Part shown: one piece after another, positions 28,325 through 38,040 of the stretch | How positions within the stretch are numbered: position 1 is the first letter of the stretch | How the letters are laid out: each line of letters starts with the position of its first letter | Sequence record: NZ_CP084013.1 | Direction: 5' to 3' (one strand) | DNA length: 64,000 bases | Source: a plasmid | Position numbers and translations under genes: made by a program | The notes under the pieces: generated by a model | Databases searched by the model: none | Told to the model about the DNA's origin: nothing | What the model saw: the letters and a program-made list of their open reading frames with translations, nothing else

Positions 28325-28864
28325 TTACTCCGCGAGTTTCCAAGTCCGGCTCCTTTCCAAGACGAGATGCCGCTGGGTCAGTTCGGAAAGCCGGTATGCG
28401 AACTGGTAGACCGCGTTCAACGAATCGTACAGGGCGAACTTCTCCGATTCGCTTACGGCGTCGTTCAGGTCGTCGGCGAGGTCGGCGTACGCCTGACCGA
28501 TGGCGTCGGGACGGTTTTCCACGTACACGATTCCGTTCTTTTCGACGTCCACTTCGACGCAGTCCATCTCCATGTCCACTACCAGCATGTAGACGAACGC
28601 CTCGTCGGGCAGATAGGCCAGCGGGCGCACGTCCGAGATGACGTTCTTTTCCGTGACCGTGGTCGTGCAGATGACCGGCATGTCGCAGGCGGGGGCGAAC
28701 GGTTCGCGCGGGTCGTCTAGAATCCCCGCGTAATCGACCATGCAGCGGGCGGCGTGATGCCAGTCGCATGGCGTGAAAACGTCGATGAACACGCCCGTCC
28801 TGACGTCGGGTGGAATGCTCAGGAACACCTCTCTGGCGACCGTCTCAAGTTTCCTGTCCCCCAT
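28325..28864 (-). CDS. Hypothetical protein (~180 aa)
   Basis: Start taken at MGDRKLETVAREVFLS. Acidic, no recognisable motif. Confidence 0.4.
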   Translation of the reverse strand: MGDRKLETVAREVFLSIPPDVRTGVFIDVFTPCDWHHAARCMVDYAGILDDPREPFAPACDMPVICTTTVTEKNVISDVRPLAYLPDEAFVYMLVVDMEMDCVEVDVEKNGIVYVENRPDAIGQAYADLADDLNDAVSESEKFALYDSLNAVYQFAYRLSELTQRHLVLERSRTWKLAE

Positions 28865-29399
28865 CGGGGAAGTCCTTTCTAATAGTGGATGAATTGCAGT
28901 TGCTTCGCCTGTTCTGCGGTGAACGTACGACTGAACGGCTTGCCGTTGTATGCGGCACCGCACTCGGACGTAGTGAAGGAACCATTATGTCCAGTTCTGC
29001 CCATGCGGACCATTGCTCCCGGTCTGGAACCAGTTGGACGGACAGGATAATCGGGATACGGGCGTCACTCTCCCTTACCGTCTCCATCAAAGCTGAATCG
29101 TCTTCAAGACCCGGATTCACATGGTCGATAATCAGAAAGGAATCCGGCTCTTCCAAGATGGACGTGGGATCGTTCACCGGAATCACACCTTGCACGGGCT
29201 TGGTATAACCTCGATCCACATACCCGTCAAACATATAGACCCGTTGCCCCATTTCGTTGAGACCAGGTATCAGGGTGTGTGTCAGCCACCAGGTCTTGCC
29301 GCATCCCGCGCCACCCGTCACCAGTAGGTTCCCATCGGAAACCGGGTTCCATGTCGCAACGCCATCATCGACCAATCCGATTGTGAGGCTTTTCACCAT
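28845..29399 (-). CDS. P-loop NTPase (Walker A GGAGCGKT; FtsK/TraG-like small ATPase?), 3' end uncertain
   Basis: LLVTGGAGCGKTWW Walker A; hhhhD Walker-B-like FLIIDH. Last ~40 aa of the ORF look like non-coding read-through. Confidence 0.5.
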   Translation of the reverse strand: MVKSLTIGLVDDGVATWNPVSDGNLLVTGGAGCGKTWWLTHTLIPGLNEMGQRVYMFDGYVDRGYTKPVQGVIPVNDPTSILEEPDSFLIIDHVNPGLEDDSALMETVRESDARIPIILSVQLVPDREQWSAWAELDIMVPSLRPSAVPHTTASRSVVRSPQNRRSNCNSSTIRKDFPDGGQET

Positions 29400-29635
29400 G
29401 CGCAGCTCACCTCCATCCAGATAAGCCCGCGCCCGTCCACAATCGATTTGAACTCGTCTATCCGCCAGCGGAGCGCGGCCGAATCGACCTTGAATGATTC
29501 AAGCCCGCCGTCGCGCAACGATTCGAACAACGCGTCGGCCTCGGCCCGGGTTCCGAACGGTTCCGGCCATGCGACCCATCGGCCGGGGTGGCATGGCAGC
29601 CAGCGTGCCAGCTCTTCGTATTCCTCCTCGTTCAA
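29393..29635 (-). CDS. Hypothetical protein (80 aa)
   Basis: Compact ORF overlapping neighbours by 4-7 nt (operon arrangement). Confidence 0.4.
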   Translation of the reverse strand: MNEEEYEELARWLPCHPGRWVAWPEPFGTRAEADALFESLRDGGLESFKVDSAALRWRIDEFKSIVDGRGLIWMEVSCAW

Positions 29636-30402
29636 TTTTCTGTCTCCTTATCCGCCGGATGCCGGATACCGGCCTCTCGATCCAACCTGTTGACAATGTC
29701 CTGCATGCCCGGGTGGTACCGTTCGATCAGGAGCAGTCCCCGATGATGGTCGTTGCGAATCGAAACCCATGTTGGGCAATAGTCCAAGAACTCGTCGGCC
29801 TGCTCGTTCAGCTTCAGCATCCCATTCCGACGTATGATCGTGTAGCCTTTCGAAGACACGGTGAATATGACCGGCTTGGACCATGGAAGACCGACCCCGA
29901 AAATCGAATCCATACAAACCTGCGCATTCCAGAATTCCGGGACCCCCGGAAGGTCTTCAGGCATCCAAAGCGCAACTATGACAAGAAGAAAAACGCCTGA
30001 GAATAAACCAATGCAGAGCGCGAGTGCGGAATTATCCGGATCCGCTTGGAAAGGCAATACCGCCAAACGCTTTTCCCAGAACGATGGGGGAATCCGTATG
30101 GACAGGATGATGACCCATATCTGGCCCAGTACAAACAGCAGGCGCGATACCGAACCGACGATTTCCGAACCGGACAGAGCTTGTATCAGCAATGCCATGA
30201 CATCATATCTGACGATAACAAAATCGAGGACGAGCAGCGATAGCACTACTGCCGCAATCAGCGTATAAACGGCGATTCCGACAGCCCATTCCCCGATCGT
30301 CCGACCCCACAGCATGAACGCGGGGACGATGGCAGCGCAGACGACTATCGTCAACGCGACGATATGGGGCGGATCAATTCCTTTTCTCATCATGTCTCTC
30401 AT
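29632..30402 (-). CDS. Membrane protein (4-5 TM) with C-terminal soluble domain
   Basis: Multiple hydrophobic helices (IVALTIVVCAAIVPAFMLWG; VGIAVYTLIAAVVLSLLVLDFVIV; LALCIGLFSGVFLLVIVALWM). Confidence 0.5.
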   Translation of the reverse strand: MRDMMRKGIDPPHIVALTIVVCAAIVPAFMLWGRTIGEWAVGIAVYTLIAAVVLSLLVLDFVIVRYDVMALLIQALSGSEIVGSVSRLLFVLGQIWVIILSIRIPPSFWEKRLAVLPFQADPDNSALALCIGLFSGVFLLVIVALWMPEDLPGVPEFWNAQVCMDSIFGVGLPWSKPVIFTVSSKGYTIIRRNGMLKLNEQADEFLDYCPTWVSIRNDHHRGLLLIERYHPGMQDIVNRLDREAGIRHPADKETEN

Positions 30403-30694
30403 TCTTGTGGTCGCGGACGATGAAGATCATCCAGCCGAAGCACGGGAGCATCCGGTATTCGCCGGACCGGGTCAACGCGGCCGCCAGGCGTTCCGCGCCG
30501 GGGCGGGTGGTCCATTCCCGTGAATCCTCGTCGTAGTCCTCGGCGATCCAACCCTTCTTCAACAGGCCGTAATGCGCCTTCTTCCACGCCCAGCTGACGA
30601 TCGCGCCGAACAGATTGCCCGTCAGATACAGGAGCAGGATTCCCAGTATGATCGCGAACGGGGTGAGCACGCCCCACCAGTACCCGTCCATCAG
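30374..30694 (-). CDS. Small membrane protein (~106 aa)
   Basis: Start taken at MDGYWWGVLTPFAIILGILLLYLTGNLFGAIVSWAW.. (internal Met of track ORF 30374..30982). Confidence 0.4.
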   Translation of the reverse strand: MMDGYWWGVLTPFAIILGILLLYLTGNLFGAIVSWAWKKAHYGLLKKGWIAEDYDEDSREWTTRPGAERLAAALTRSGEYRMLPCFGWMIFIVRDHKNERHDEKRN

Positions 30695-31071
30695 AACCGC
30701 CCCAACCGGTGCAGGGCCTCGGCCGAATGGATGCGGGCCTGTTCGCCGCCCGCGCCCTCCGCGGCGTTGACGGCCGTCCCGTTCTCGGCCGGCGAGGCGA
30801 ACATGGGTCGGCGCAGCTCCCCGTACTCCAGCTCGTAATCGGTCGGATCGTGTTGGGCGGCGAGCCGGGCCAATTCCCTGACCTCCTCGCCGGACAGGAT
30901 GATCTGCGCGGTGTCCAGGCCGTCGAGCAATTGGCTTATCGTCCAATCCCCCGTCGCGGGATCCCGCCACGCTTTGCACCATTCGCCCAGATATTCGAAA
31001 TCCTCCGGCGGATGCATGTAGTCGAATGCCATGATCAGTTCCTTTCCGTGGGATCCGGGTCCGGATCCCAT
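30691..31071 (-). CDS. Hypothetical protein (acidic, ~113-126 aa)
   Basis: ..MAFDYMHPPEDFEYLGEWCKAWRDPATGDWTISQLLDGLDTAQIILSGEEVRELARLAAQHDPTDYELEYGELRRPMF.. Confidence 0.4.
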   Translation of the reverse strand: MGSGPGSHGKELIMAFDYMHPPEDFEYLGEWCKAWRDPATGDWTISQLLDGLDTAQIILSGEEVRELARLAAQHDPTDYELEYGELRRPMFASPAENGTAVNAAEGAGGEQARIHSAEALHRLGRF

Positions 31072-31331
31072 CCGCGTATGCGTGCGATGAGCCGGCAGAC
31101 GCCGGCCGGCATGAGCAGTATGAAAAACGTGGCGGCGGCGGCCTGCGAGATGGCGGTCATGATGCGGATGCCGGACAGGAGCCGCAGCAGGAGCGCGCCG
31201 CCCAGGGTGGCGAGGGCGCCGAACGCCATGAGCAGGAGCGCCATGGCGAGGCTGGCTGCCAGCAGTCCCGGCTCCACGCCCGCCGCCGGCCGGGGCTCCC
31301 CCATGTGTCGGGATGATGCGCCGTGCCTCAT
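31035..31331 (-). CDS. Small membrane protein (~98 aa)
   Basis: Start taken at MRHGASS...; TM segments LLAASLAMALLLMAFGALATLGGALLL and AISQAAAATFFILLMPAGV. Confidence 0.35.
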   Translation of the reverse strand: MRHGASSRHMGEPRPAAGVEPGLLAASLAMALLLMAFGALATLGGALLLRLLSGIRIMTAISQAAAATFFILLMPAGVCRLIARIRGWDPDPDPTERN

Positions 31332-31626
31332 CGTCGTCCGCCTTTCACATGCCGCCGGCGTCCGGGCTGTCCGATATAGGAGAGCGTCCATTCCCCGGCG
31401 TCCCGCGTACGGTCGAGTGAATTTTCAACGTTTGCGTTTTCGTTGTTCGTTGTCGTGTTTGGTGTCCGTCTTGTCGCCTGTTTCTTTTCCGGCGAAGGCG
31501 AGCACTATCGTGCAGATGAGGCACGTGATGAGGATGAGCGTGGTTCCTGGGTCGATTGCCATCAGGCTCGCTGCCCTGTTGTTTGATGTTTTCCGAGCAT
31601 GATTGGTGCCTTCTACGAAAATTTTA

Positions 31627-31653
31627 TGTGGACTAATTCAGTATAACAGGTAT
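31627..31653 (-). promoter_or_regulatory. Copy 2 of conserved 26-nt motif (gene-strand CCTGTTATACTGAATTAGTCCACATAA), reading leftward into the small-gene operon (first tiny ORFs at ~31600 and ~31585-31450)
   Basis: Seen directly. Divergent partner of copy 3, ~80 bp apart. Followed by GAAGG RBS-like element and ATG. Confidence 0.5.
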
Positions 31654-31731
31654 TGCCGATTTCGCGACATCACGGCTTCTCGCCAAAACGGGAGGCCGGA
31701 CCCCTAGAATTGTCTCCGAACGACAATATGC

Positions 31732-31759
31732 CTGTTATGCTGAATATGTCCACATAGAA
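31732..31759 (+). promoter_or_regulatory. Copy 3 of conserved motif (CTGTTATGCTGAATATGTCCACATAGAA) immediately followed by AAGGAGAG RBS and ATG of 31771 gene
   Basis: Seen directly. -10-like element here is TATGCT. Confidence 0.5.
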
Positions 31760-31770
31760 GGAGAGTTCCA

Positions 31771-32781
31771 ATGACCAACCAAAACAAGTCAGACCAAGCC
31801 CGCCAACGACGCCGCAGCTCGGACGGACGATTCGCGGACGAAGACAAGCAGGACAGCCTCCCCTCCGACACAAAAATCCAACAGGTGGCCAGCCTCCTCA
31901 CCGACGACACGGAGCCTGACTTCAACCAGCTGCTCACAGCCACCGGCGCATTCGACGACCCCTACGAGGCACGCCATATCGAATTCGACATGCCCGACGG
32001 ATCCACCCTCAACGGCTACGCCTTGGACGATGGGCGAATCGACCGCAACAAGGTGCCGGCCGGCTGGCACGCCTACTCCGTAATGGAAAGCGACGGCGAC
32101 GAAGACGGGGAAACCACCCTGTCCATCGACCATGACGGGTACGTGAACCACAGGATGGACTTCATCACCACCGAAGACCTCAGCCAACGCATAGACAGCG
32201 GCCAACTGACCGAAATCCACGGCGACGACTGGGGCTTCACCGACAACGACCTCGTGGACGATCTCGCCGAAAAATCCGGGGATGACGACTTCGACCTCGA
32301 CACTGAACTGGAGGAGAAACGCCACGACATGATGGATTCCGCCATCCGAGACCAGATCTTCTTCAAACCCGACGAGGAGAACATGACCGCGTTGAAGGCC
32401 GCCGCATGGCAGACCATCAACCACGACGAGCAGAACAAGGGCGAATCCACGATCGGCGACCTGCGCATAGCCCCATCCATCAACCCCCACGACCTGCATC
32501 TGGAAGACATGAGCGAGGAACAGATCAAAGAGGCCCGCAAGTACGGTGGATGGGACCCCGACAAGCACAAGTACGTGCACTTCAACCAAGACGGCGACTT
32601 GGAAGGCCTCACCGAGAAACAGGCTGACAAGCTGATCTGGGACAACCGGCAGCGCATCCTACAAGCAGTCCGTGACGACGATTCCGCGAACTTCAGCACC
32701 GTCAACCTGCTGCATAACTGTTTCAACCGTGAACGACAGGTACGCGAACACGACTACACGACACCGGGCGACAAGCGATAA
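31771..32781 (+). CDS. Highly acidic protein (336 aa) with conserved Arg-rich N-terminal leader (family member 1 of 5)
   Basis: MTNQNKSDQARQRRRSSDGRFADEDKQDSLPSD... then very D/E-rich body. Leader shared with the 34308, 49955, 50564 and 51108 proteins. Confidence 0.6.
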   Translation: MTNQNKSDQARQRRRSSDGRFADEDKQDSLPSDTKIQQVASLLTDDTEPDFNQLLTATGAFDDPYEARHIEFDMPDGSTLNGYALDDGRIDRNKVPAGWHAYSVMESDGDEDGETTLSIDHDGYVNHRMDFITTEDLSQRIDSGQLTEIHGDDWGFTDNDLVDDLAEKSGDDDFDLDTELEEKRHDMMDSAIRDQIFFKPDEENMTALKAAAWQTINHDEQNKGESTIGDLRIAPSINPHDLHLEDMSEEQIKEARKYGGWDPDKHKYVHFNQDGDLEGLTEKQADKLIWDNRQRILQAVRDDDSANFSTVNLLHNCFNRERQVREHDYTTPGDKR

Positions 32782-32795
32782 AGGAGAGATAGCAC

Positions 32796-33458
32796 ATGGC
32801 AGAGGCCATCAACGAAATGGAACGTAGGCTCGCGGAATCAAACCCGCATGCCGGCCCGAACGCGAAGACCGAAGACTTCAACCAGCAACCACCCTCGGTG
32901 AAACCAGCAGGGAAACGCCACCGCACATCACCGGCACCGAGAAAAACGGATGAGGACACGAAAACCGCTGCAGAAACCCCATCACAGCAGGCCGAAGAGA
33001 CCTGGCAGACTCAAACCGGAAGGCCGTTCTGCATCATTCCGAAACCCACATGGCAGGAGCTGGCCCATGCGGCACTCCCCCAGCTACTGCAAGCCGTCGG
33101 ACTACTCATCCTGGTCATCGTATCCCTGCTGGCAAGGCAAACCGCATTGGCGGTCATCTGCCTGCTCGCCCTGATCGCATTCGTCGGCTGGCGGCTTGCG
33201 ACCTACGGCTGGACTCCCATGGAAACCGTTCGTCGAACCATCGAACATGGTTACGGTGTGGCGGTCGTCCGTCTCCTGAACGCAGATGACATGAACCAGC
33301 CAGTCCGGGTCATCACCGAAGGCGGACAGTATGTCGCCTGGTATACGGACGGCAGGGAGAATCGCATCCACACCGCCATTCTCATAGTCAACAAGGGTCG
33401 AATCGCATTGACCACACCGGACATGGGCATCCTGCCCACCCTAGGGGCGACAATTTGA
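32796..33458 (+). CDS. Membrane protein (220 aa, 2 TM)
   Basis: TM helices LPQLLQAVGLLILVIVSLLA and LAVICLLALIAFVGWRL. 4-nt overlap with the next gene. Confidence 0.45.
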   Translation: MAEAINEMERRLAESNPHAGPNAKTEDFNQQPPSVKPAGKRHRTSPAPRKTDEDTKTAAETPSQQAEETWQTQTGRPFCIIPKPTWQELAHAALPQLLQAVGLLILVIVSLLARQTALAVICLLALIAFVGWRLATYGWTPMETVRRTIEHGYGVAVVRLLNADDMNQPVRVITEGGQYVAWYTDGRENRIHTAILIVNKGRIALTTPDMGILPTLGATI

Positions 33459-34222
33459 TGCGCACATTGTTCGTCGGCGACCTGCATGCGAAAGCAGACC
33501 TGTTGCCGCTAATCACCCGAGTCGCCAGACGAGAGCATGCGGAACGCATCGTGCTATTGGGCGACATCTGCGATGACTGGAACGTGTCGAACAACGGGCT
33601 GGTCCGGTTCTTCGATACGTTTGCCGCATGGTATCGGCGTGAATCCCTTGAACGTGAGGTGATTCCACTGCTCGGCAATCATGATGTGCCGTACTTCCTG
33701 AAGCAAGGCTCCTCCTCCTATGCGCGAGTGCGCGCACTGGCGCCCGGCTTCAAACCCGGCGCCCATCGCAAGGTGCATGAGCTGATGCAAAATATCCCAT
33801 TCCAACTGGCTTGGTCGGATGGGAACATTCTGGCCACGCACGCCGGGCTCACCCGTGCATGGGGGCGACGGCGGCTGGGCGCCGATTACATGGACATGCC
33901 GGTCGAGGAAGTCGCGGATCGCTTGAACCGAATGCTCCTCCATCCGGCCTCACTGGTCGTGCCCATGACGGACATCGGCCCGGCGCGCGGCGGCGCAGGA
34001 ACGCCTTCTCCCCTATGGTGCGATCGCGGCGAGTTCGCCGAAGACGGGGACATGCACCTGACTCAGGTGGTCGGGCATACGCCCGTACCGACCGTATTGC
34101 ATGAGCATGATGCGTGGTTCTGCGACACGTTTTCCACGATGAGCAACGGTACTCCCATTGGCGACGGGTCTCTGCTCATGTATTCGGAGAGCGGATTCTA
34201 TCCAGTGCCTCTTCTTGGCTGA
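33455..34222 (+). CDS. Metallophosphoesterase (calcineurin-like Ser/Thr phosphatase / ApaH / lambda-PPase type)
   Basis: Motifs GDLHA, GDICDDW, GNHD, ...H in canonical order (FVGDLHAK...LLGDICDDWN...LLGNHDVPY...ATHAGL...). Confidence 0.75.
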   Translation: MMRTLFVGDLHAKADLLPLITRVARREHAERIVLLGDICDDWNVSNNGLVRFFDTFAAWYRRESLEREVIPLLGNHDVPYFLKQGSSSYARVRALAPGFKPGAHRKVHELMQNIPFQLAWSDGNILATHAGLTRAWGRRRLGADYMDMPVEEVADRLNRMLLHPASLVVPMTDIGPARGGAGTPSPLWCDRGEFAEDGDMHLTQVVGHTPVPTVLHEHDAWFCDTFSTMSNGTPIGDGSLLMYSESGFYPVPLLG

Positions 34223-34307
34223 TTTGCTTTCGTCCGGCCTGCTTCCTTTTTTCAAGGCGCGATTAGAATCAAAGACAAACAACACTCGTCGAAAGAACAC
34301 CAAAACA

Positions 34308-34991
34308 TTGACGACATCCAGCCGAACAGCACAAGCGAAACACCGGAGACGCACCCCAGACGGACGATTCGCAGACGAACTCAACAGCTTCGGCTTCCCC
34401 GACGCGGCAACACTAAGCGCATACGAGCAACAGACCTCGCAGATCCCAGTACTCCAGCGCCTGCAAAAGCACGGCAAAATCACCCCACCACCAATCACGC
34501 TGCCGGACGGATGGACGGAAGCCGGAACAAAACATGACGGCAACGCCGACGGATATGGCAGCTACCATGAGGACACACGCCGTTTCACAGGCCCCGACAA
34601 CAGCACCCTGACGGTCACGCACAGTTCGGGATTCGAAAAAGATTTCGGCCTATACGACTACCAGACCGTCGAATACCAGTCCGGCAACGTCACCATCAAA
34701 CGAATCATCCCACCCACCTCAAACCCTGACATCAACGAGCTGGAGGAAACAGGCCAACGGCTCGAACGGCAGCGCGCGGAACTCAACGCACACGCTTCCG
34801 GACGGTGGAGCGCTCCCATAACGCGGCTTACAGCATCCACCAGCGAGACAGGCTACACGTTCATCCTACCGGAATACGGGGAGCCGCCGAAGAAGCCGGT
34901 ACTCCCATGGAACCGAGCCGCATGGGACAAGGCACGAAAGCAGGAAAAAGAAAACAGAAAGTCTGGTGTGGCTGAGATTCCGCCCCGTTGA
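34308..34991 (+). CDS. Protein with conserved Arg-rich N-terminal leader (family member 2), probable TTG start
   Basis: Track ORF 34158..34991 overlaps the upstream gene and has no ATG. In-frame TTG at ~34308 gives (M)TTSSRTAQAKHRRRTPDGRFADELNSFGFPDAATLSAYEQQTSQ..., matching the leader of the 31771 protein. Confidence 0.45.
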   Translation: MTTSSRTAQAKHRRRTPDGRFADELNSFGFPDAATLSAYEQQTSQIPVLQRLQKHGKITPPPITLPDGWTEAGTKHDGNADGYGSYHEDTRRFTGPDNSTLTVTHSSGFEKDFGLYDYQTVEYQSGNVTIKRIIPPTSNPDINELEETGQRLERQRAELNAHASGRWSAPITRLTASTSETGYTFILPEYGEPPKKPVLPWNRAAWDKARKQEKENRKSGVAEIPPR

Positions 34992-35358
34992 TCCGCTTCT
35001 CCTGCAATGCCGCGAACAGGCGCCCTGTCGCGCCGTTCCTGGACCAGCGGTTGAACAGTTGGCAGACGGTGACCCACTTGCCGCAGCACTCCGGCAGGTC
35101 CCTCCACGGGCTCCCGTGCGGCACATCCACGGCAGGGCGTTGACGAACGTGTGGTTGTCGACCGCCACGTTGCCGTGCTATCGCGGCAACGGATGCGCGA
35201 CCCTCATGAACCGGTCAGGCGTGATGTCATACCTCGGCGTACGCATACGACAATCATCACGCAAAACTTAAATAGGGTAAACACACCCCTAGTTTTTTTG
35301 ATATTCGCCGACCCGTTTCCTTTTTTTGGGGAGGCGGGTTTTGTCTTATCCTATTTGT

Positions 35359-35383
35359 CTGTTATACTGAATATGTCCACATA
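35359..35383 (+). promoter_or_regulatory. Copy 4 of conserved motif (CTGTTATACTGAATATGTCCACATAAAA), followed by AGAGGAAACC and ATG of 35402 gene; possible -35 TTGTCT 16 nt upstream
   Basis: Seen directly in the sequence. Confidence 0.5.
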
Positions 35384-35401
35384 AAAACGAAAGAGGAAAC
35401 C

Positions 35402-35593
35402 ATGAAGCGCTACGCCATCAACTATGAGGAAACCTACTCAGGCACCTTCACCGTCGAACTCGACGACGACTCCACCGAACAGGATGCCATCAACGAACTC
35501 CTCAACAACGCCGACGAATACCGTCTAGGCGAACAGGTCGAACTCAGCGACAGTGACGCACAGGTCATCAAGACCGAAAATGTGGAGGACTGA
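35402..35593 (+). CDS. Small acidic protein (63 aa)
   Basis: MKRYAINYEETYSGTFTVELDDDSTEQDAINELLNNADEYRLGEQVELSDSDAQVIKTENVED. Strong RBS. Downstream of motif copy 4. A 30-aa ORF follows at ~35597-35689. Confidence 0.5.
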   Translation: MKRYAINYEETYSGTFTVELDDDSTEQDAINELLNNADEYRLGEQVELSDSDAQVIKTENVED

Positions 35594-35693
35594 CTCATGA
35601 CGGACACTATGGAACAGGTCACGGAAGATGTACTCGACGCTTTCAAGCGGAACGGCTGGATTGTCGTCGCGCCGAAGAACTGGAACTGACGAA

Positions 35694-36239
35694 ATGAAAA
35701 CACGCGACATCCTCATCACCGTCACCCGCATACTGCCGGGCTGGCATGTGTACAACGACCACCAGTTCGGACGCATCACCGCATTCGACCCTCAAGCGGG
35801 ATACGAGGTCACCGTCAACATTCCCGACAGCGACACCATCCGCATCGTCCGCACGCGGTACGAGCTTGTCGAGGATAACACCGTCCTCGATACAGCCGAC
35901 ATGGGCGAGGAGCAGGCATTGGACGAACTGGCCCGCCTGCTGGCTTCGCCCATGCCGCGCACCGACCGTCTCATGCGGTTGAAAGACAAGTTCGAGAAGA
36001 CCGCCGAATGGTGCCGGGACACGCTTGGCGACGAACAGGAGGCGAAGGATGTGGAAGACATGGCCGAACACTACATGCATGTGTGCGAAGCCTGCAACAA
36101 CAAATACTCCGGCCGACATGACCCGGTGTCCGTGTTCGAGGGGTGGCTGCTGGGCGAGGAACTCGGCACCCCGTATGAGACGCGCCGTCAGGCCGCGTCG
36201 CGCATGCTGAGCAACGTGCACCGACTGGACAAGGAGTGA
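35694..36239 (+). CDS. Hypothetical protein (~181 aa)
   Basis: Start taken at MKTRDILITV (internal Met of track ORF 35628..36239). Contains HYMHVCEACNNKYSG Cys cluster. Confidence 0.45.
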   Translation: MKTRDILITVTRILPGWHVYNDHQFGRITAFDPQAGYEVTVNIPDSDTIRIVRTRYELVEDNTVLDTADMGEEQALDELARLLASPMPRTDRLMRLKDKFEKTAEWCRDTLGDEQEAKDVEDMAEHYMHVCEACNNKYSGRHDPVSVFEGWLLGEELGTPYETRRQAASRMLSNVHRLDKE

Positions 36240-36242
36240 ACC

Positions 36243-36866
36243 ATGTTGGACATCGAGAAGACGCTGCAATCCGTCCGCGACCTATTGGACAGGCTGGGCA
36301 AGGAAGGCGTGGAGTTCGCTCTGGTCGAATCGGAATACTCCGACTACGTAGCGGACATCCGCAACCCTAACAAGGTGTACGTGTTCCTTGAATGCTCGAT
36401 TCGTCCGAACGGCACCTTCGTCTGGCGGGATTACGACCATCATAAAGGAGTCTGCGACTTCGACGAGTTCCGCGTGCGGATAATCACCCTCACAGCGAAC
36501 AAATACCTCGACAAGGCGAAAGACAAGCGCAAACAGTGGGCGAGCCTGTGCGAAGGTACAGATACGCCCATGCCGGAGTCGCTGGCCGTCACCGTATCCG
36601 ACATGGAAGACAAGGCCAACCGTCTGAAAGCGTTGCTGGAACCCGACGACCCGCCACTGTTGGACGGGCGGGACATCGCAATCCTGAAAGAGCTTAAACC
36701 GTATGGCGTGGTCAAACCGGCGGAGGAATCGCAACGACTACGTGAGCTGGGCGTGCTGGAACGCAGATACTACATCGACCAAGTGTTCGACGCGCTGACC
36801 GACAAGGGCGAGAAGGCATTGGAATTCGCGTCGCACGTAGAACGGACGAAAAGGAGAACATCATGA
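36243..36866 (+). CDS. Hypothetical protein (207 aa)
   Basis: Clean ORF. 4-nt overlap with the next gene. Confidence 0.5.
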   Translation: MLDIEKTLQSVRDLLDRLGKEGVEFALVESEYSDYVADIRNPNKVYVFLECSIRPNGTFVWRDYDHHKGVCDFDEFRVRIITLTANKYLDKAKDKRKQWASLCEGTDTPMPESLAVTVSDMEDKANRLKALLEPDDPPLLDGRDIAILKELKPYGVVKPAEESQRLRELGVLERRYYIDQVFDALTDKGEKALEFASHVERTKRRTS

Positions 36867-37201
36867 AAACAGCATCTTTCCACACGACCGCCCGCAAGGC
36901 GATACTCGCTACACTGCAAGCCAACCGAGACGACCTGCGCGTGCGCGATACGCGCGAATGGCGCTTTCTTACTGACGAGGAATTCCGACGGCTCGGCCAT
37001 GCGAAGCCGTCGGACGTGTCGTATGCGGGCGATCTGGACGACTACGGCATGTTCGACGGCGCCTGGCGTGCGGCCGTGGATTGCGGCGACGCGTTGCCTC
37101 ATGCGAGCGAATACAGCATATCCGGCATGCTCATCGCATTCGACGACAAGACCGTATGGGAGACGGTATGCGCCGGACTTGACCTGTTAGGCAAGGAATG
37201 A
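36863..37201 (+). CDS. Hypothetical protein (112 aa)
   Basis: Clean ORF in operon context. Confidence 0.45.
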   Translation: MKTASFHTTARKAILATLQANRDDLRVRDTREWRFLTDEEFRRLGHAKPSDVSYAGDLDDYGMFDGAWRAAVDCGDALPHASEYSISGMLIAFDDKTVWETVCAGLDLLGKE

Positions 37202-37213
37202 AAAGGAACCATC

Positions 37214-37483
37214 ATGAACGCGAACGAAACCTGCGAAGATTCAATCCACGGCCCGTACGAGCCGGATGACGTGGCTGACCACTGCGGCGGTTGCGGCATA
37301 CCGTTGTGTGAGGAGCATGCGAGGAAATGCCCCTGTTGCGGGCGCGTCAACTGCACGGACTGCAGCGAGATATGTGAGGCCTGCTGGCGTCTGGTATGCC
37401 GTGAGCACGCCAAGTGGAATCCCGAATACGCGCAATACGAATGCCCCGCATGCTACGACCGTTGGGATTGCGGGGAAAGGTAG
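37214..37483 (+). CDS. Cys-rich small protein (89 aa; 16 Cys, multiple CxxC pairs), probable zinc-ribbon protein
   Basis: HCGGCGIPLCEEHARKCPCCGRVNCTDCSEICEACWRLVCREHAK...CPACYDRWDCG. Confidence 0.45.
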   Translation: MNANETCEDSIHGPYEPDDVADHCGGCGIPLCEEHARKCPCCGRVNCTDCSEICEACWRLVCREHAKWNPEYAQYECPACYDRWDCGER

Positions 37484-37491
37484 AGAGGACG

Positions 37492-38040
37492 ATGAATCCG
37501 GTTGACGAACGCTTCGAGCATCGGCTGCTCGACCGGTTCCATTACGACGATCGGCAGGACGGCGACGGCTATGGTCCGGATTCGCCGCGCGTCGGCGACA
37601 AGGGTTGGATCATCTGGCAGACCGCGTTCAACGAGTTGGACCGTCCGTTCGAGATTGTGCGCGACGAGGGGCGCGGCCGCACCGGCCTGCCCCTGCTGCT
37701 GGTCGGCATGGAGGACAACTACGGCGACGACTGGCATATCCGCGAAAACGATGACAGCCAATACATGAGCCTGCTGGAAGCCGGACTGGACGGCGCGAGC
37801 CTAACGCTCATGGAACGCAAGCACGGCATCGCACGATGGCGGTCGGAGCGGGGCGAGTCGAAACCGATCGAACTGACGGCGCCGGACGGGAAGCCGACGG
37901 ACACCGTATACGCCTACCAGTCCGAGCCCGACGAATGGCGGATATACGACAAGTATAGCGGGCGGTCGCTTGGCGGCGAACCGGGCGAAACCATCACGGA
38001 CGCGCTGCGCCACATCGGATACCAGTTGGAGGAATCATGA
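37492..38040 (+). CDS. Hypothetical acidic protein (~182 aa)
   Basis: Start taken at MNPVDERFEHR (internal Met of track ORF 37414..38040). Confidence 0.45.
   Translation: MNPVDERFEHRLLDRFHYDDRQDGDGYGPDSPRVGDKGWIIWQTAFNELDRPFEIVRDEGRGRTGLPLLLVGMEDNYGDDWHIRENDDSQYMSLLEAGLDGASLTLMERKHGIARWRSERGESKPIELTAPDGKPTDTVYAYQSEPDEWRIYDKYSGRSLGGEPGETITDALRHIGYQLEES

Noticed and set aside
15330-35290. Short CCCCTAG heptamer seen three times near regulatory regions (~15333, ~31702, ~35283)
   Set aside because: Only 7 nt; three occurrences in 64 kb are not clearly beyond chance, and flanks are not conserved.
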